From a virus (taxonomy: Duplodnaviria; Caudoviricetes), in IMG/VR virus record IMGVR_UViG_2929701070_000001, positions 1 through 64,000 of that record: a DNA stretch of 64,000 nucleotides, one strand, 5' to 3'. Each line of letters begins with the position of its first letter. Position 1 is the first letter of the stretch. Shown piece after piece: positions 56,066-64,000 of this stretch. Both the position numbers and the translations under genes were made by a program. The notes under the pieces were generated by a model. The model was given only the letters and a program-made list of their open reading frames with translations, did not search any database and was not told the origin of the DNA.

Positions 56066-56376
56066 TGTCCGGGGGATGGGCTGGCAGCACGAGAAAGTCC
56101 ACGCTGCCGGCGAACTGGTACACCGAGATCCGCGCCGCCGTCATCGAACGGGACAAGGGCAAATGCCGGTGGCCGAGACCGAACGGCCGCGGCATCTGCG
56201 GGCACCTGGGCAATCAGGTCGACCACAAAGATGACCCGCTCGATCACCGCCTGAGCAATCTCCAGCTGCTGTGCGAGCGGCACCACAACTTGAAGTCGTC
56301 CAGGCAGGGCAACGAGGCGCGGGCCAAGCTGGTGTCGAACCGTCGGCCGAAGCCACCCCACCCCGGACTGCTGTAG
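56065..56376 (+). CDS. HNH endonuclease (packaging-associated type)
   Basis: RAAVIERDKGKC ... VDH ... NLQLLCERHH..K. Confidence 0.92.
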   Translation: MSGGWAGSTRKSTLPANWYTEIRAAVIERDKGKCRWPRPNGRGICGHLGNQVDHKDDPLDHRLSNLQLLCERHHNLKSSRQGNEARAKLVSNRRPKPPHPGLL

Positions 56377-56385
56377 CTGCCGGGG

Positions 56386-56631
56386 GTGGTGCTCGTGGCG
56401 CGAAAGCCTCGACGGCGGAAGGTGTGGCTGCACCGCGGGCTTGCCAGCATGTGGGTGCTCCTCGCCATCCCGGGCACCCTGTGGTGGGCGCAGAGCATCC
56501 TGTTCGTGATCCTGGTCAGCCTGTACGCCAACTTCGCGAGCGAACTCGCCGCCGCAGAGGCCAGCGACGACCGCGATGTGTTGGAGCGGCTGGACCGGAT
56601 CGAGAAGCTGCTCGCTGAGCGGGCAAAGTAG
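56386..56631 (+). CDS. small two-TM membrane protein
   Basis: hydrophobic core. Confidence 0.65.
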   Translation: MVLVARKPRRRKVWLHRGLASMWVLLAIPGTLWWAQSILFVILVSLYANFASELAAAEASDDRDVLERLDRIEKLLAERAK

Positions 56632-56727
56632 TCGACTGATTGCACTCACCGTGACGGCGCATCGATAACCGTTAGCCCGTCTCCGGGATTTCGCCGACAT
56701 CCCGTCACAGACAGTGAGGTGAGTGCG

Positions 56728-57303
56728 GTGACGACGATCGTGGCGTGCGGCGACGGCAGCACCGTGTGGATGGCCGCCGACTCGGCCACCAACGTGTACG
56801 AACGGCCGATCATCGGCGGGGTACGGAAGCTTCTGCGTCTGCGGGCCGGCGCTGGCTACCAGGTGCTGCTGGGCGTCGCCGGTGCTGGCGGCCTCCCGGG
56901 CTGCCTCGCCGCCAACTTGAAGATCGATGCGGTGCCGCTGCCCGGTGAAGACGTGCACGCGTGGGCGCACGCCATCGCCTGCGCGATCACCGAGATCGCC
57001 GACGACGCCGGCCTGATGGAAGACGGCGCGCTCGACGGAAGTGTGCTGCTCGGCTGGGGCGGCCGTCTGTGGACGGTAAGCCAGTCGTGTGCCTGCGCGC
57101 ACCCGGACGGTCGGGCCGCGATCGGCTCCGGCGAAGGCCCCGCGATCGGCGCTCTCGACGTGCTCCTAGACCAGGGCACCGAACCGGCCGTCGCGGTCAC
57201 GCGGGCCGCCCAGGTCGGCATCACCCGCGACCGCTACTCCGGCGGACCCGTGCAGGTTGAGCGATTGGCGGGCCCTGACGAACCTGATGAGGGTGACCGG
57301 TGA
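56728..57303 (+). CDS. Ntn-hydrolase, proteasome beta / HslV-like protease
   Basis: after Met removal Thr1, Asp17, Lys33; AIGSG and DRYSGG motifs. Confidence 0.85.
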   Translation: MTTIVACGDGSTVWMAADSATNVYERPIIGGVRKLLRLRAGAGYQVLLGVAGAGGLPGCLAANLKIDAVPLPGEDVHAWAHAIACAITEIADDAGLMEDGALDGSVLLGWGGRLWTVSQSCACAHPDGRAAIGSGEGPAIGALDVLLDQGTEPAVAVTRAAQVGITRDRYSGGPVQVERLAGPDEPDEGDR

Positions 57304-57464
57304 GCGAGCAGCCGTACAACAACGGCGGGTGCCTTCCACCGCCGCAGCCGATCCGCATGCGCCTGCACCCCGACGAATGCGTGGTCCGATTCGAGGATGA
57401 CCGGGCGGTGTGCGTGCGCGCCGACCACCAGGACCGCACCTGCTCCCGCCGCCCCACCGACTGA
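57300..57464 (+). CDS. small hypothetical protein
   Basis: GTGA coupling. Confidence 0.5.
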   Translation: MSEQPYNNGGCLPPPQPIRMRLHPDECVVRFEDDRAVCVRADHQDRTCSRRPTD

Positions 57465-57625
57465 CTGTCTGGTTCCTCGCGCGGCCGGCGTGCTGCGACA
57501 CCCGAGCCCATACGGAGGCTGTGACCTTCGTGTGCTGCGGGAAACCGAGGATGTGCCCTCGGCGGTGACCCGACCCACCCCGGGATGGGACGGCGCCGCA
57601 CCGGCCGCGCGAGCAACCAGACAGT
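57464..57625 (+). ncRNA. candidate structured RNA
   Basis: 24 of 25 bp closing stem (57464-57488 with 57601-57625) around several small hairpins. Confidence 0.5.
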
Positions 57626-57708
57626 AGAGACAACGGTCGTGACATGAGCTATCCGATAGCCATCCGGCATGCCACAGCGCATGCCATGGCCGTTGCCATC
57701 CGCGACAG

Positions 57709-58023
57709 GTGGTGACCACGCTGACCTCGCCCACCCCCAGCCGCAGGCCCTGCACCATCCTCGTCGCGCTCAACGAAGCCGACGCCACCTGGTGGCAGTT
57801 CGTCACCGACCCCGACCACGTGTACCTCACCCAACGCCCCGCCCCACAGGACACCGGGTTGCAGCCGACAGCCGTGCACATCACCCCCGACGCCCGCCGC
57901 GGCGACCACTACCGGCCCGTCATGGACCTCGTGCACCGGCAGCTCGCCGCCATGCGCCCCCACCAGCGACCGCCCATCAACCGGCTGGACGAGCATCCGG
58001 GGCGAGGGGAGAAGCCGCAGTGA
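57709..58023 (+). CDS. hypothetical protein
   Basis: shares a domain with the next gene. Confidence 0.65.
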   Translation: MVTTLTSPTPSRRPCTILVALNEADATWWQFVTDPDHVYLTQRPAPQDTGLQPTAVHITPDARRGDHYRPVMDLVHRQLAAMRPHQRPPINRLDEHPGRGEKPQ

Positions 58024-58529
58024 GCCGCACACCCAGCCCCGCCGACCAGCGCTGCAACCTCAACCCGGATGTGGTGGACGCCCTCGCCGACCAGTTGCAC
58101 ACCCTCAACTGCACTCCACTTATCGGCGCCGCCGCAAAGTTCACCCCGCAGCATCGCGACAACGACCTCGCGCAGGCACGGTTCCTGCTCCAAGGACTCC
58201 GCGGCACCGGCTGGGAACTCACCCGCGCACCCAAGCCGGACGGAGAGCAGCCCCATCGCTGCGCTCTCTTGGTGGCGCTGAACGAGGACGACGCCAAGTA
58301 CTGGCGGCACGCAGGCGGCACCCGACGGGCGGCCCTCACCCACGGCAACAGCCCACTCCGCAGCGTTGAAGGACTCAGGGTGACCGATGTGTACATCACC
58401 CCACGCGCCGCCGAAGGCGAACGGTACGAACGGATCATGGGCACGGTGCACCGGAGCCTGCGGCTGATGAACGTCGACCCGAGCACCGCCATCAACTACC
58501 TGCACGAGCAGCCGGAAGGCGGGCAGTAG
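58020..58529 (+). CDS. hypothetical protein
   Basis: GTGA coupling; paralogous C-terminal domain. Confidence 0.7.
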   Translation: MSRTPSPADQRCNLNPDVVDALADQLHTLNCTPLIGAAAKFTPQHRDNDLAQARFLLQGLRGTGWELTRAPKPDGEQPHRCALLVALNEDDAKYWRHAGGTRRAALTHGNSPLRSVEGLRVTDVYITPRAAEGERYERIMGTVHRSLRLMNVDPSTAINYLHEQPEGGQ

Positions 58530-58531
58530 CG

Positions 58532-58885
58532 GTGGCAGTCGAAGACGGCAAGAGGTACAGCCCACTCGACCGCGACAGCGTTCACGCCGACATGGCCGAC
58601 GACCCCATCACCACCCGCCGCAACCTCGACCGGCAGCCCGCTGTAGCCGCCGCCCACGACGGGTGCGCCGACTGCGCGACACTTCTGCCACCGCAGGCAC
58701 CCAACCGAGTCGGGAAGATCCAGCTCACCCTCCAAGAAGTATCCGACACGTTCGGCCTTCCGGCCGGCGCGCGAGCACTGCGCATGTACGTGCAGGACGA
58801 CCCGCACGCCCTCGTCGTCGTCGTGGAATCCGACGACCTGCCGCCCGTCCCCGACGGCGCTGGCACCCCGTATCTGAACCGCTGA
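58532..58885 (+). CDS. hypothetical protein
   Basis: operon packing. Confidence 0.65.
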   Translation: MAVEDGKRYSPLDRDSVHADMADDPITTRRNLDRQPAVAAAHDGCADCATLLPPQAPNRVGKIQLTLQEVSDTFGLPAGARALRMYVQDDPHALVVVVESDDLPPVPDGAGTPYLNR

Positions 58886-58957
58886 GCATCCCCGCTCACG
58901 GGCGGCCATCCCGGCATGGGGCGCTGCTCGTCTTCCCGACATGGGAGTTGACTCGTC

Positions 58958-59473
58958 ATGGCTGGACGCGGCCCCGCGCCGAAGGACCCGAGCAAGCGGG
59001 CACGACGCAACAGTGACCCCGTGCCCACCACCGTCATCGACTTCACCAAGGGTGAGCAGCCGGAACTGCCGGCGGACTACCCGTGGCCGGAGCAGACCCG
59101 CGCCTGGTGGCGGATGTGGGCAGAGTCTCCGCAGGCCGAGCATTTCATGCAAACCGACTGGGACTTCCTGCTCGACACTGCGATGGTGCACGCCGAGCTG
59201 TGGGCCGGAAACATCGGCGCTGCGGCTGAGCTGCGGCTGCGGGTGGCGAAGTTCGGCGCGACGCCGGAGGACCGGGCGAGGTTGCGGATTCAGTTCGCCG
59301 AGGCGGACGAGCGGGACGGCGCGCGGCCGGCGGGCAGCACCGCGAAGGAGCGGTACGGGAACCTGCGGCCGGTGGCCAGCGGCGAGGGCGGCGGCGCGAC
59401 GGTAGTGCCGATCAAGTCGGCCCCGGCGAGGAAGGCGGCGGCACCTCGGCGGCGCACCCAGGCGGACAAGTAA
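58958..59473 (+). CDS. terS: terminase small subunit
   Basis: MAGRGPAPK ... W..WAESPQA..F..TDWDFLLDTA..H ... ELRLRVAKFGATPEDRARLR, actinophage TerS pattern; position. Confidence 0.88.
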   Translation: MAGRGPAPKDPSKRARRNSDPVPTTVIDFTKGEQPELPADYPWPEQTRAWWRMWAESPQAEHFMQTDWDFLLDTAMVHAELWAGNIGAAAELRLRVAKFGATPEDRARLRIQFAEADERDGARPAGSTAKERYGNLRPVASGEGGGATVVPIKSAPARKAAAPRRRTQADK

Positions 59474-59587
59474 TCACGGCAACGAGCTGCGGGAACGCTC
59501 GCTTCGTCTCCACATGAGACAATAAAAACGTAAGCCCCGGCGGGTGCTGGTAACACCCCCGGGAGTGGCCGACTGGTTGGAGTCGAC

Positions 59588-60451
59588 ATGGCCGAGCATA
59601 CCTGCGCACACTGCGCCGGTCCCATCACCACCCGCACGAGCAAGGCGACCTTTTGCTCCGTCAACTGCCGTCAGGCGGCAGGTCGACGCCGGAGGGGCGA
59701 GGTCGTTGGGGCAGCCGGCAACTGCCCGGGATGCGGAGCCTCGCTCGCCGGGCGTTACCAGGGAACGAAGCACTGCTCGATTGCCTGCGCGAGGGCGGTT
59801 CAGCGGAATCCTGGAGTTCTGCTTCCGATGCTCCTGCCGATCCGTTGCCGTAGGTGCAGGGTGGAGTTGCCCGATCAGCGGGGCATCCGGGGCAAGAAGC
59901 GGCTGTGCAGCGACGACTGCCGACGGCAGAAGAAGAACGCCGTACGCCGCGCCGAACGCTTCACCATCCAATGCGTTGTCTGCCACGCATCTGTGGAGAC
60001 GGCGGACGGACAACAGCGGTACTGCTCGGTTGACTGCCGTAGGATCCGCCGCCGACACCCCCGTGACGCGAGGGTGTGCGGCCCATGTGGCTCGCCGTTC
60101 TGGCCGAACACGTCCCAGCAGATTTACTGCGGCCGGGTGTGCCGCAGGCGCGGTCATTACCTGGCGAACAAGGACCGCTATCTCTCCGACGTTCGGCTTC
60201 GCAAGGCCCGCGTTCGGGGTGTGACGACGGAGTACTTCACCAGCCTGGAAATCTACGAGCGGGACGGCTGGATCTGCGGCATCTGCCACCAGCACGTTGA
60301 TCCAAAGCTGGAGTTCCCGCACCCGTGGAGCAAGAGCCTCGATCACCGCATCCCCGTCTCCAAGGGCGGGCCACACTCCCGCGAGAACACTCAGATAGCT
60401 CACCTCCTCTGCAACCTCCGAAAGAGCGACAAGTTGCTGGAGGCCGTTTGA
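59588..60451 (+). CDS. free-standing HNH endonuclease with tandem Zn fingers
   Basis: repeated CxxC ... (F/Y/H)CSxxC units; IYERDGWICGIC ... SLDHRIPVSKGGPH...N...AH..CN..K. Confidence 0.9.
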   Translation: MAEHTCAHCAGPITTRTSKATFCSVNCRQAAGRRRRGEVVGAAGNCPGCGASLAGRYQGTKHCSIACARAVQRNPGVLLPMLLPIRCRRCRVELPDQRGIRGKKRLCSDDCRRQKKNAVRRAERFTIQCVVCHASVETADGQQRYCSVDCRRIRRRHPRDARVCGPCGSPFWPNTSQQIYCGRVCRRRGHYLANKDRYLSDVRLRKARVRGVTTEYFTSLEIYERDGWICGICHQHVDPKLEFPHPWSKSLDHRIPVSKGGPHSRENTQIAHLLCNLRKSDKLLEAV

Positions 60452-60469
60452 CGAGAGGACGGTGAGGTC

Positions 60470-62171
60470 ATGCCATGGAAGCCGAGTTACCCGGGGGAAG
60501 TCCCCACTCTCGGCTGGCTTTGACCTCGTCCTCGACTGGATCTCCGAGTATTTGGCGGCACCAGATCGGGCTGAGTATGAGCCCTTTGTGCCGTATTCGG
60601 AACAAGCCGAATTTCTACTGGCTTTCTATGAAATCAACCCGAGAACGGGAAAGCGTCGGCGTCGGCGGGGCGTGATCAGCCGGCCGCGTGGGTGGGGCAA
60701 GTCTCCGCTGTTGGGGGCGATCGCGCTCGCCGAGGCGTTGGGGCCGGTGGTGCCCGACGGATGGACAGCCGATGGAGAACCGGTCGGCCGTCCTTGGAGT
60801 GACATCCGCACGCCGCGGGTGGGCATCCTCGCTGTGTCGGAGGCGCAGACCGACAACACGTGGGCGCCGATGCTGGAGATGTGCGACGGCCCGCTCATGG
60901 CCGAGTACCCGGGCTTGGAACCGCTCGACACGATGGTGAACCTGCCCCGAGGGAAGATCGAAAAGGTCACCTCGTCGGCCCGTTCCGTCAAGGGCAAGCC
61001 GTTCAATTTTGCGGTGATGGACCAGACCGAGGAGTGGGTGCCGTCTAACGGCGGCCTTAACCTGTTCGAGAAGGTCAAGAACAACACGGCGAAGACCGGC
61101 GGTTCGTTCATTGAGTCGCCGAACGCGTTCATCCCCGGCGAGGGGTCGGTTGCCGAGCAGTCGGCGTCGTTCTGGGCGGCCATCAAGGAGGGCCGGGCCC
61201 GTGATGACGGCCTGTACTACGACCACCGTGAGGCGCCGGCCACCACGGACCTGACTGATCGGGAGTCGCTGATTGCTGGCCTGCGGCTGGCGTATGGGGA
61301 TTCGTCGGCGCACCCGGACGGGTGTGTGCTGCACGATCCGCCGTGCCCGCCGGGTCACACGGACCTGGACCATCTGGTTGCCACGATTTGGGATCCCACC
61401 TCGGATGAGCAGGTGTCCCGGTCGGACTTCCTCAACCAGGTCACCCACGCCTCCGACTCGTGGCTGTCGCAGCCGGAGTGGAAGGGCTGCTTCGACGGCA
61501 CGAAGGTGGTCGCCGACAAGGAGACCATCACCCTCGGCTTCGACGGCTCCCGGTCTCGCGCGAATGGGCGCACCACGGACGCGACCGCGTTGATCGCGTG
61601 TCGGGTAGAGGACGGGCACATTTTCGAGCCCCTGGACAAGTCCGTGTGGGAGCAGCCAGCGAAGATGCCGATCGGCCCCGACGGCAAGCCGACGGTGTGG
61701 CAGGTGCCGGTCCACGAGGTTGTGGCCGCCGTGCACGAGTGCTTCCGCCGATACAACGTGGTCGGGTTCTTCGCCGACCCGGCCAAGTGGGAGACGTGGA
61801 TCGCGGACTGGGAGGCCAAGTACGGCGCCCGGTTGAAGGTGAAGGCCACCCGTGACCACCCGATCGAGTGGTGGATGACGGGCGGCCGGTCGCGGCAGAT
61901 TGTGCAGGCGTTGGAGGAGTTCCACAACGCTGTGGTCACCCGGGAGTTGACCCACGACGGCTCGTACGCCCTGACACGTCATGTACTTCATGCTCGCCGC
62001 CGGTACAAGGCGGGCTCGGGGATGCAGATAGCGAAATCCCACCCAGACAGTGCCGACAAGATCGATGCCGCGGTTGCGGCCGTGCTCGCCTGGCAGGCGC
62101 GGATGGCGGCCGTGGCCGCCGGTGTGGAGACGAAGCAGCGGCGACCGTACCGGGTGAAGCGGCTCCGATAG
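60470..62171 (+). CDS. terL: terminase large subunit; 5' end interrupted by an in-frame TGA at 60521 (needs +1 shift or 7-nt hop)
   Basis: Walker A RPRGWGKS, AVMDQTE, LGFDGS, DATAL, KIDAAVA. Confidence 0.92.
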
Positions 62172-62206
62172 GCAAATCGCCGACGGCTACCAGGAAGGGG
62201 GTGGCC

Positions 62207-63736
62207 GTGGCGATCAACATCGAGGTGCCCCGCAGCCCCGGCTGGTGGATGGCGCGGCTGTTCAAGAAGCTGCACGACCGGCAGCGCGTTGACCGGCTGG
62301 AGTTGCTGCACAACTACCTGCACGGTAAGCCTCGGTTGCCGCAGGGCGCGGAGAACGTGCGGGAGATGTTCGCGCAGTTCCAGCGCAAGGCGTGCGTGAA
62401 CGTGCCCGCGGTGGTGGTGGGGTCGGTGTCGGATCGGCTTCGTCCGGTCGGTTTCAAAACGGCAGTTGACCAGGACGTTTCCGGTGACCAGCAGGCGTCG
62501 GACGTGTGGGAACGGACCGGCCTGAACATCATCGCCGCGGACGTGCACGACATGATGCTGAACCTCGGTGAGGCGTACGTGATTGTGGGTCCGGTCGATG
62601 ACGACACGGGGGCGCCGGTCATCACGGCTGAGGATCCGCGGTTCATGGTGGCGGAGGCTGACCCGGCGAAGCCGCAGAAGCTGCTGGCGGCGTTGAAGGT
62701 GCTGCACGACGACATTGACGGCGTGCACCGGGCGTACCTGTATCTGCCGGGCCGGGTGTATGTGGCGTTCACTCCGTCGAAGGTGGCGCAGGCGAGGCCC
62801 CGGTTTTCGTCGGCGTCGTGGTCGTGGGATGCGAGCAAGGGCGGCGAGGACGGCCAGAAGCTCACGCACGACCGGATGCCGGTGGTGCGGTTCCTGAACA
62901 AGGACGGTGCCGGCGAGTACGAGCACCACCTGGACCTGATCGACCGGATCAACCACAACATCCTCCAGCGGCTCGTGATCGCCAGCGGACAGGCATTCCG
63001 GCAAATGGCCGTGTCGGGGCTGCCGGACGAGGACGCAGACGGCAACGAGATCGACTGGTCCGACTCGTTCGTGATGATGCCGGGCGCCATGTGGCAGTTG
63101 CCGCCGGAAGCGGAGATGTGGGAGTCGCAGGTCACCGACCTGCGACCGATCATCGAAGCGTCCCGTGACGACTTCCGTCAGGTCTCCATGGCCACCGGCA
63201 CCCCCATGTACATGATGGTGCCGGACGGGCAGAACCAGTCGGCGACCGGCGCGGGCCTGTACCGGGAGCAGTTGGTGTTCCGGGCGAGGGACCGCCGGGA
63301 ACGGGCGACCGGCCGGTGGGCTGAGGTGATGTCGCTGGCGTTCGAGGAACTGGGTGACACCAAGCGCGCGGACGTGGCGACCTTGCGAACGCAGTGGGCG
63401 CCGGTGGAGCAGTTGTCGCTGGCGGAGAAGGCCGACGCGGCGGCGAAGGCGCAGAACGACATGCCGCGCCGGTCCCGGCTGATCGAAATTTGGGGCTGCA
63501 CCCCGGATCAGGCTGACCGGATGATGTCGGAGTGGCAGGACGAGCAGGTGTTCGCCATGCAGCTCGCGGCGATGCAGGCCGCCCAGAATCAGCTCCAGGC
63601 GGGTGGGCAGCCGCCGATTCGGGCTATCGCGTCCACGCCGGCGCAGCCGCAGGTGCCGCCGGCTGAGGATCCGCTGGCCGGGCTTGACCTCAACCAGATC
63701 GCGAGCACGGATCCGGTGACGACGGCGGTGAACTGA
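62207..63736 (+). CDS. portal protein (SPP1 gp6-like)
   Basis: follows terL; DRLRPVGF, GEAYVIV, PVVRFLN..G.GEYE...IDRIN patterns. Confidence 0.9.
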   Translation: MAINIEVPRSPGWWMARLFKKLHDRQRVDRLELLHNYLHGKPRLPQGAENVREMFAQFQRKACVNVPAVVVGSVSDRLRPVGFKTAVDQDVSGDQQASDVWERTGLNIIAADVHDMMLNLGEAYVIVGPVDDDTGAPVITAEDPRFMVAEADPAKPQKLLAALKVLHDDIDGVHRAYLYLPGRVYVAFTPSKVAQARPRFSSASWSWDASKGGEDGQKLTHDRMPVVRFLNKDGAGEYEHHLDLIDRINHNILQRLVIASGQAFRQMAVSGLPDEDADGNEIDWSDSFVMMPGAMWQLPPEAEMWESQVTDLRPIIEASRDDFRQVSMATGTPMYMMVPDGQNQSATGAGLYREQLVFRARDRRERATGRWAEVMSLAFEELGDTKRADVATLRTQWAPVEQLSLAEKADAAAKAQNDMPRRSRLIEIWGCTPDQADRMMSEWQDEQVFAMQLAAMQAAQNQLQAGGQPPIRAIASTPAQPQVPPAEDPLAGLDLNQIASTDPVTTAVN

Positions 63737-63737
63737 C

Positions 63738-64000
63738 GTGCCGACCGACGATGGGAAGCTCACCGCCTCCGAGGCCGCCGCCATGTATGCGCTGGTGCAG
63801 GCGCAGGCCGCGTTGCGGCAGCAGATCACCCAGATGGCTGTGGCGGCGGCGACGTTGCCGTGGACGACGTTCTCGGGCTGGTTCTCGTCGGCGGAGATCG
63901 GTCAGCTTGTGGCGAGTGTGTTGCGGATCGTGCAGCCGCTGCAACGGCAGGCCGCGCAGGTCACCGACGCGTTCCTGGCCCGGCAGATGTCCATCACACT
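63738..64000 (+). CDS. head morphogenesis / minor capsid gene, partial
   Basis: open to window end, directly after portal. Confidence 0.6.
   Translation, partial: MPTDDGKLTASEAAAMYALVQAQAALRQQITQMAVAAATLPWTTFSGWFSSAEIGQLVASVLRIVQPLQRQAAQVTDAFLARQMSIT

Larger units (their letters stand above)
1..64000. mobile_element. Actinomycete temperate phage / phage-plasmid region (extends beyond both window ends)
   Basis: terS-terL-portal block, phage-type replication initiator, dense small overlapping ORFs, no host housekeeping genes. Confidence 0.92.

Noticed and set aside
57464-57625. Known riboswitch or hammerhead ribozyme
   Set aside because: Could not match cobalamin, TPP, c-di-AMP or hammerhead core consensus by eye
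59474-60470. Group I intron around the HNH gene
   Set aside because: terS ends before it, terL begins after it, and no intron core elements were recognised
60462-60520. GTG 60462 as the true terL start
   Set aside because: SD only about 2 nt away and the peptide MRSCHGSRVTRGK is not terminase-like; not fully excluded
1-64000. Integrase, reverse transcriptase (retron/DGR) or transposase
   Set aside because: No matching motifs found in the ORF track

Overview
High-GC actinomycete (Micromonospora-like by gene style) temperate phage or phage-plasmid segment. Left to right: (1) 1-18.8 kb, mostly leftward accessory and replication genes (HAD phosphatase, PIN-like toxin-antitoxin pair, Thg1-like polymerase, HD-domain alarmone hydrolase-like protein, DnaB-N/GIY-YIG fusion, replication initiator with internal iterons, HTH regulator); (2) 18.9-27.5 kb, rightward run of small hypothetical genes; (3) 27.6-36 kb, an actinomycete-plasmid-type transfer module (Spd-like membrane proteins, FtsK/TraB ATPase, clt-like 8-bp repeats, membrane-anchored GIY-YIG); (4) 36.7-41 kb, a candidate acr-aca2 operon with a minimal kinase, an XRE/DUF397 module and a lipoprotein; (5) 41.4-52 kb, leftward genes separated by repeated hairpin plus AC-rich leaders, three of them sharing a C-terminal FADLxAAR tag; (6) a possible packaging site near 52.1 kb; (7) 55.8-64 kb, packaging and head genes (HNH, proteasome-beta-like protease, terS, free-standing HNH, terL, portal, start of a head gene). 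Strongest leads: a terL reading frame interrupted by CTT-TGA-C-CTC (candidate bypass or +1 frameshift), the TraB module inside a phage, the acr-aca2 candidate, the shared C-terminal tag, a 24-bp repeat bounding gene blocks, and a roughly 160-nt structured intergenic element. All calls come from reading motifs by eye; no database search was run. No integrase, CRISPR array or reverse transcriptase was seen.
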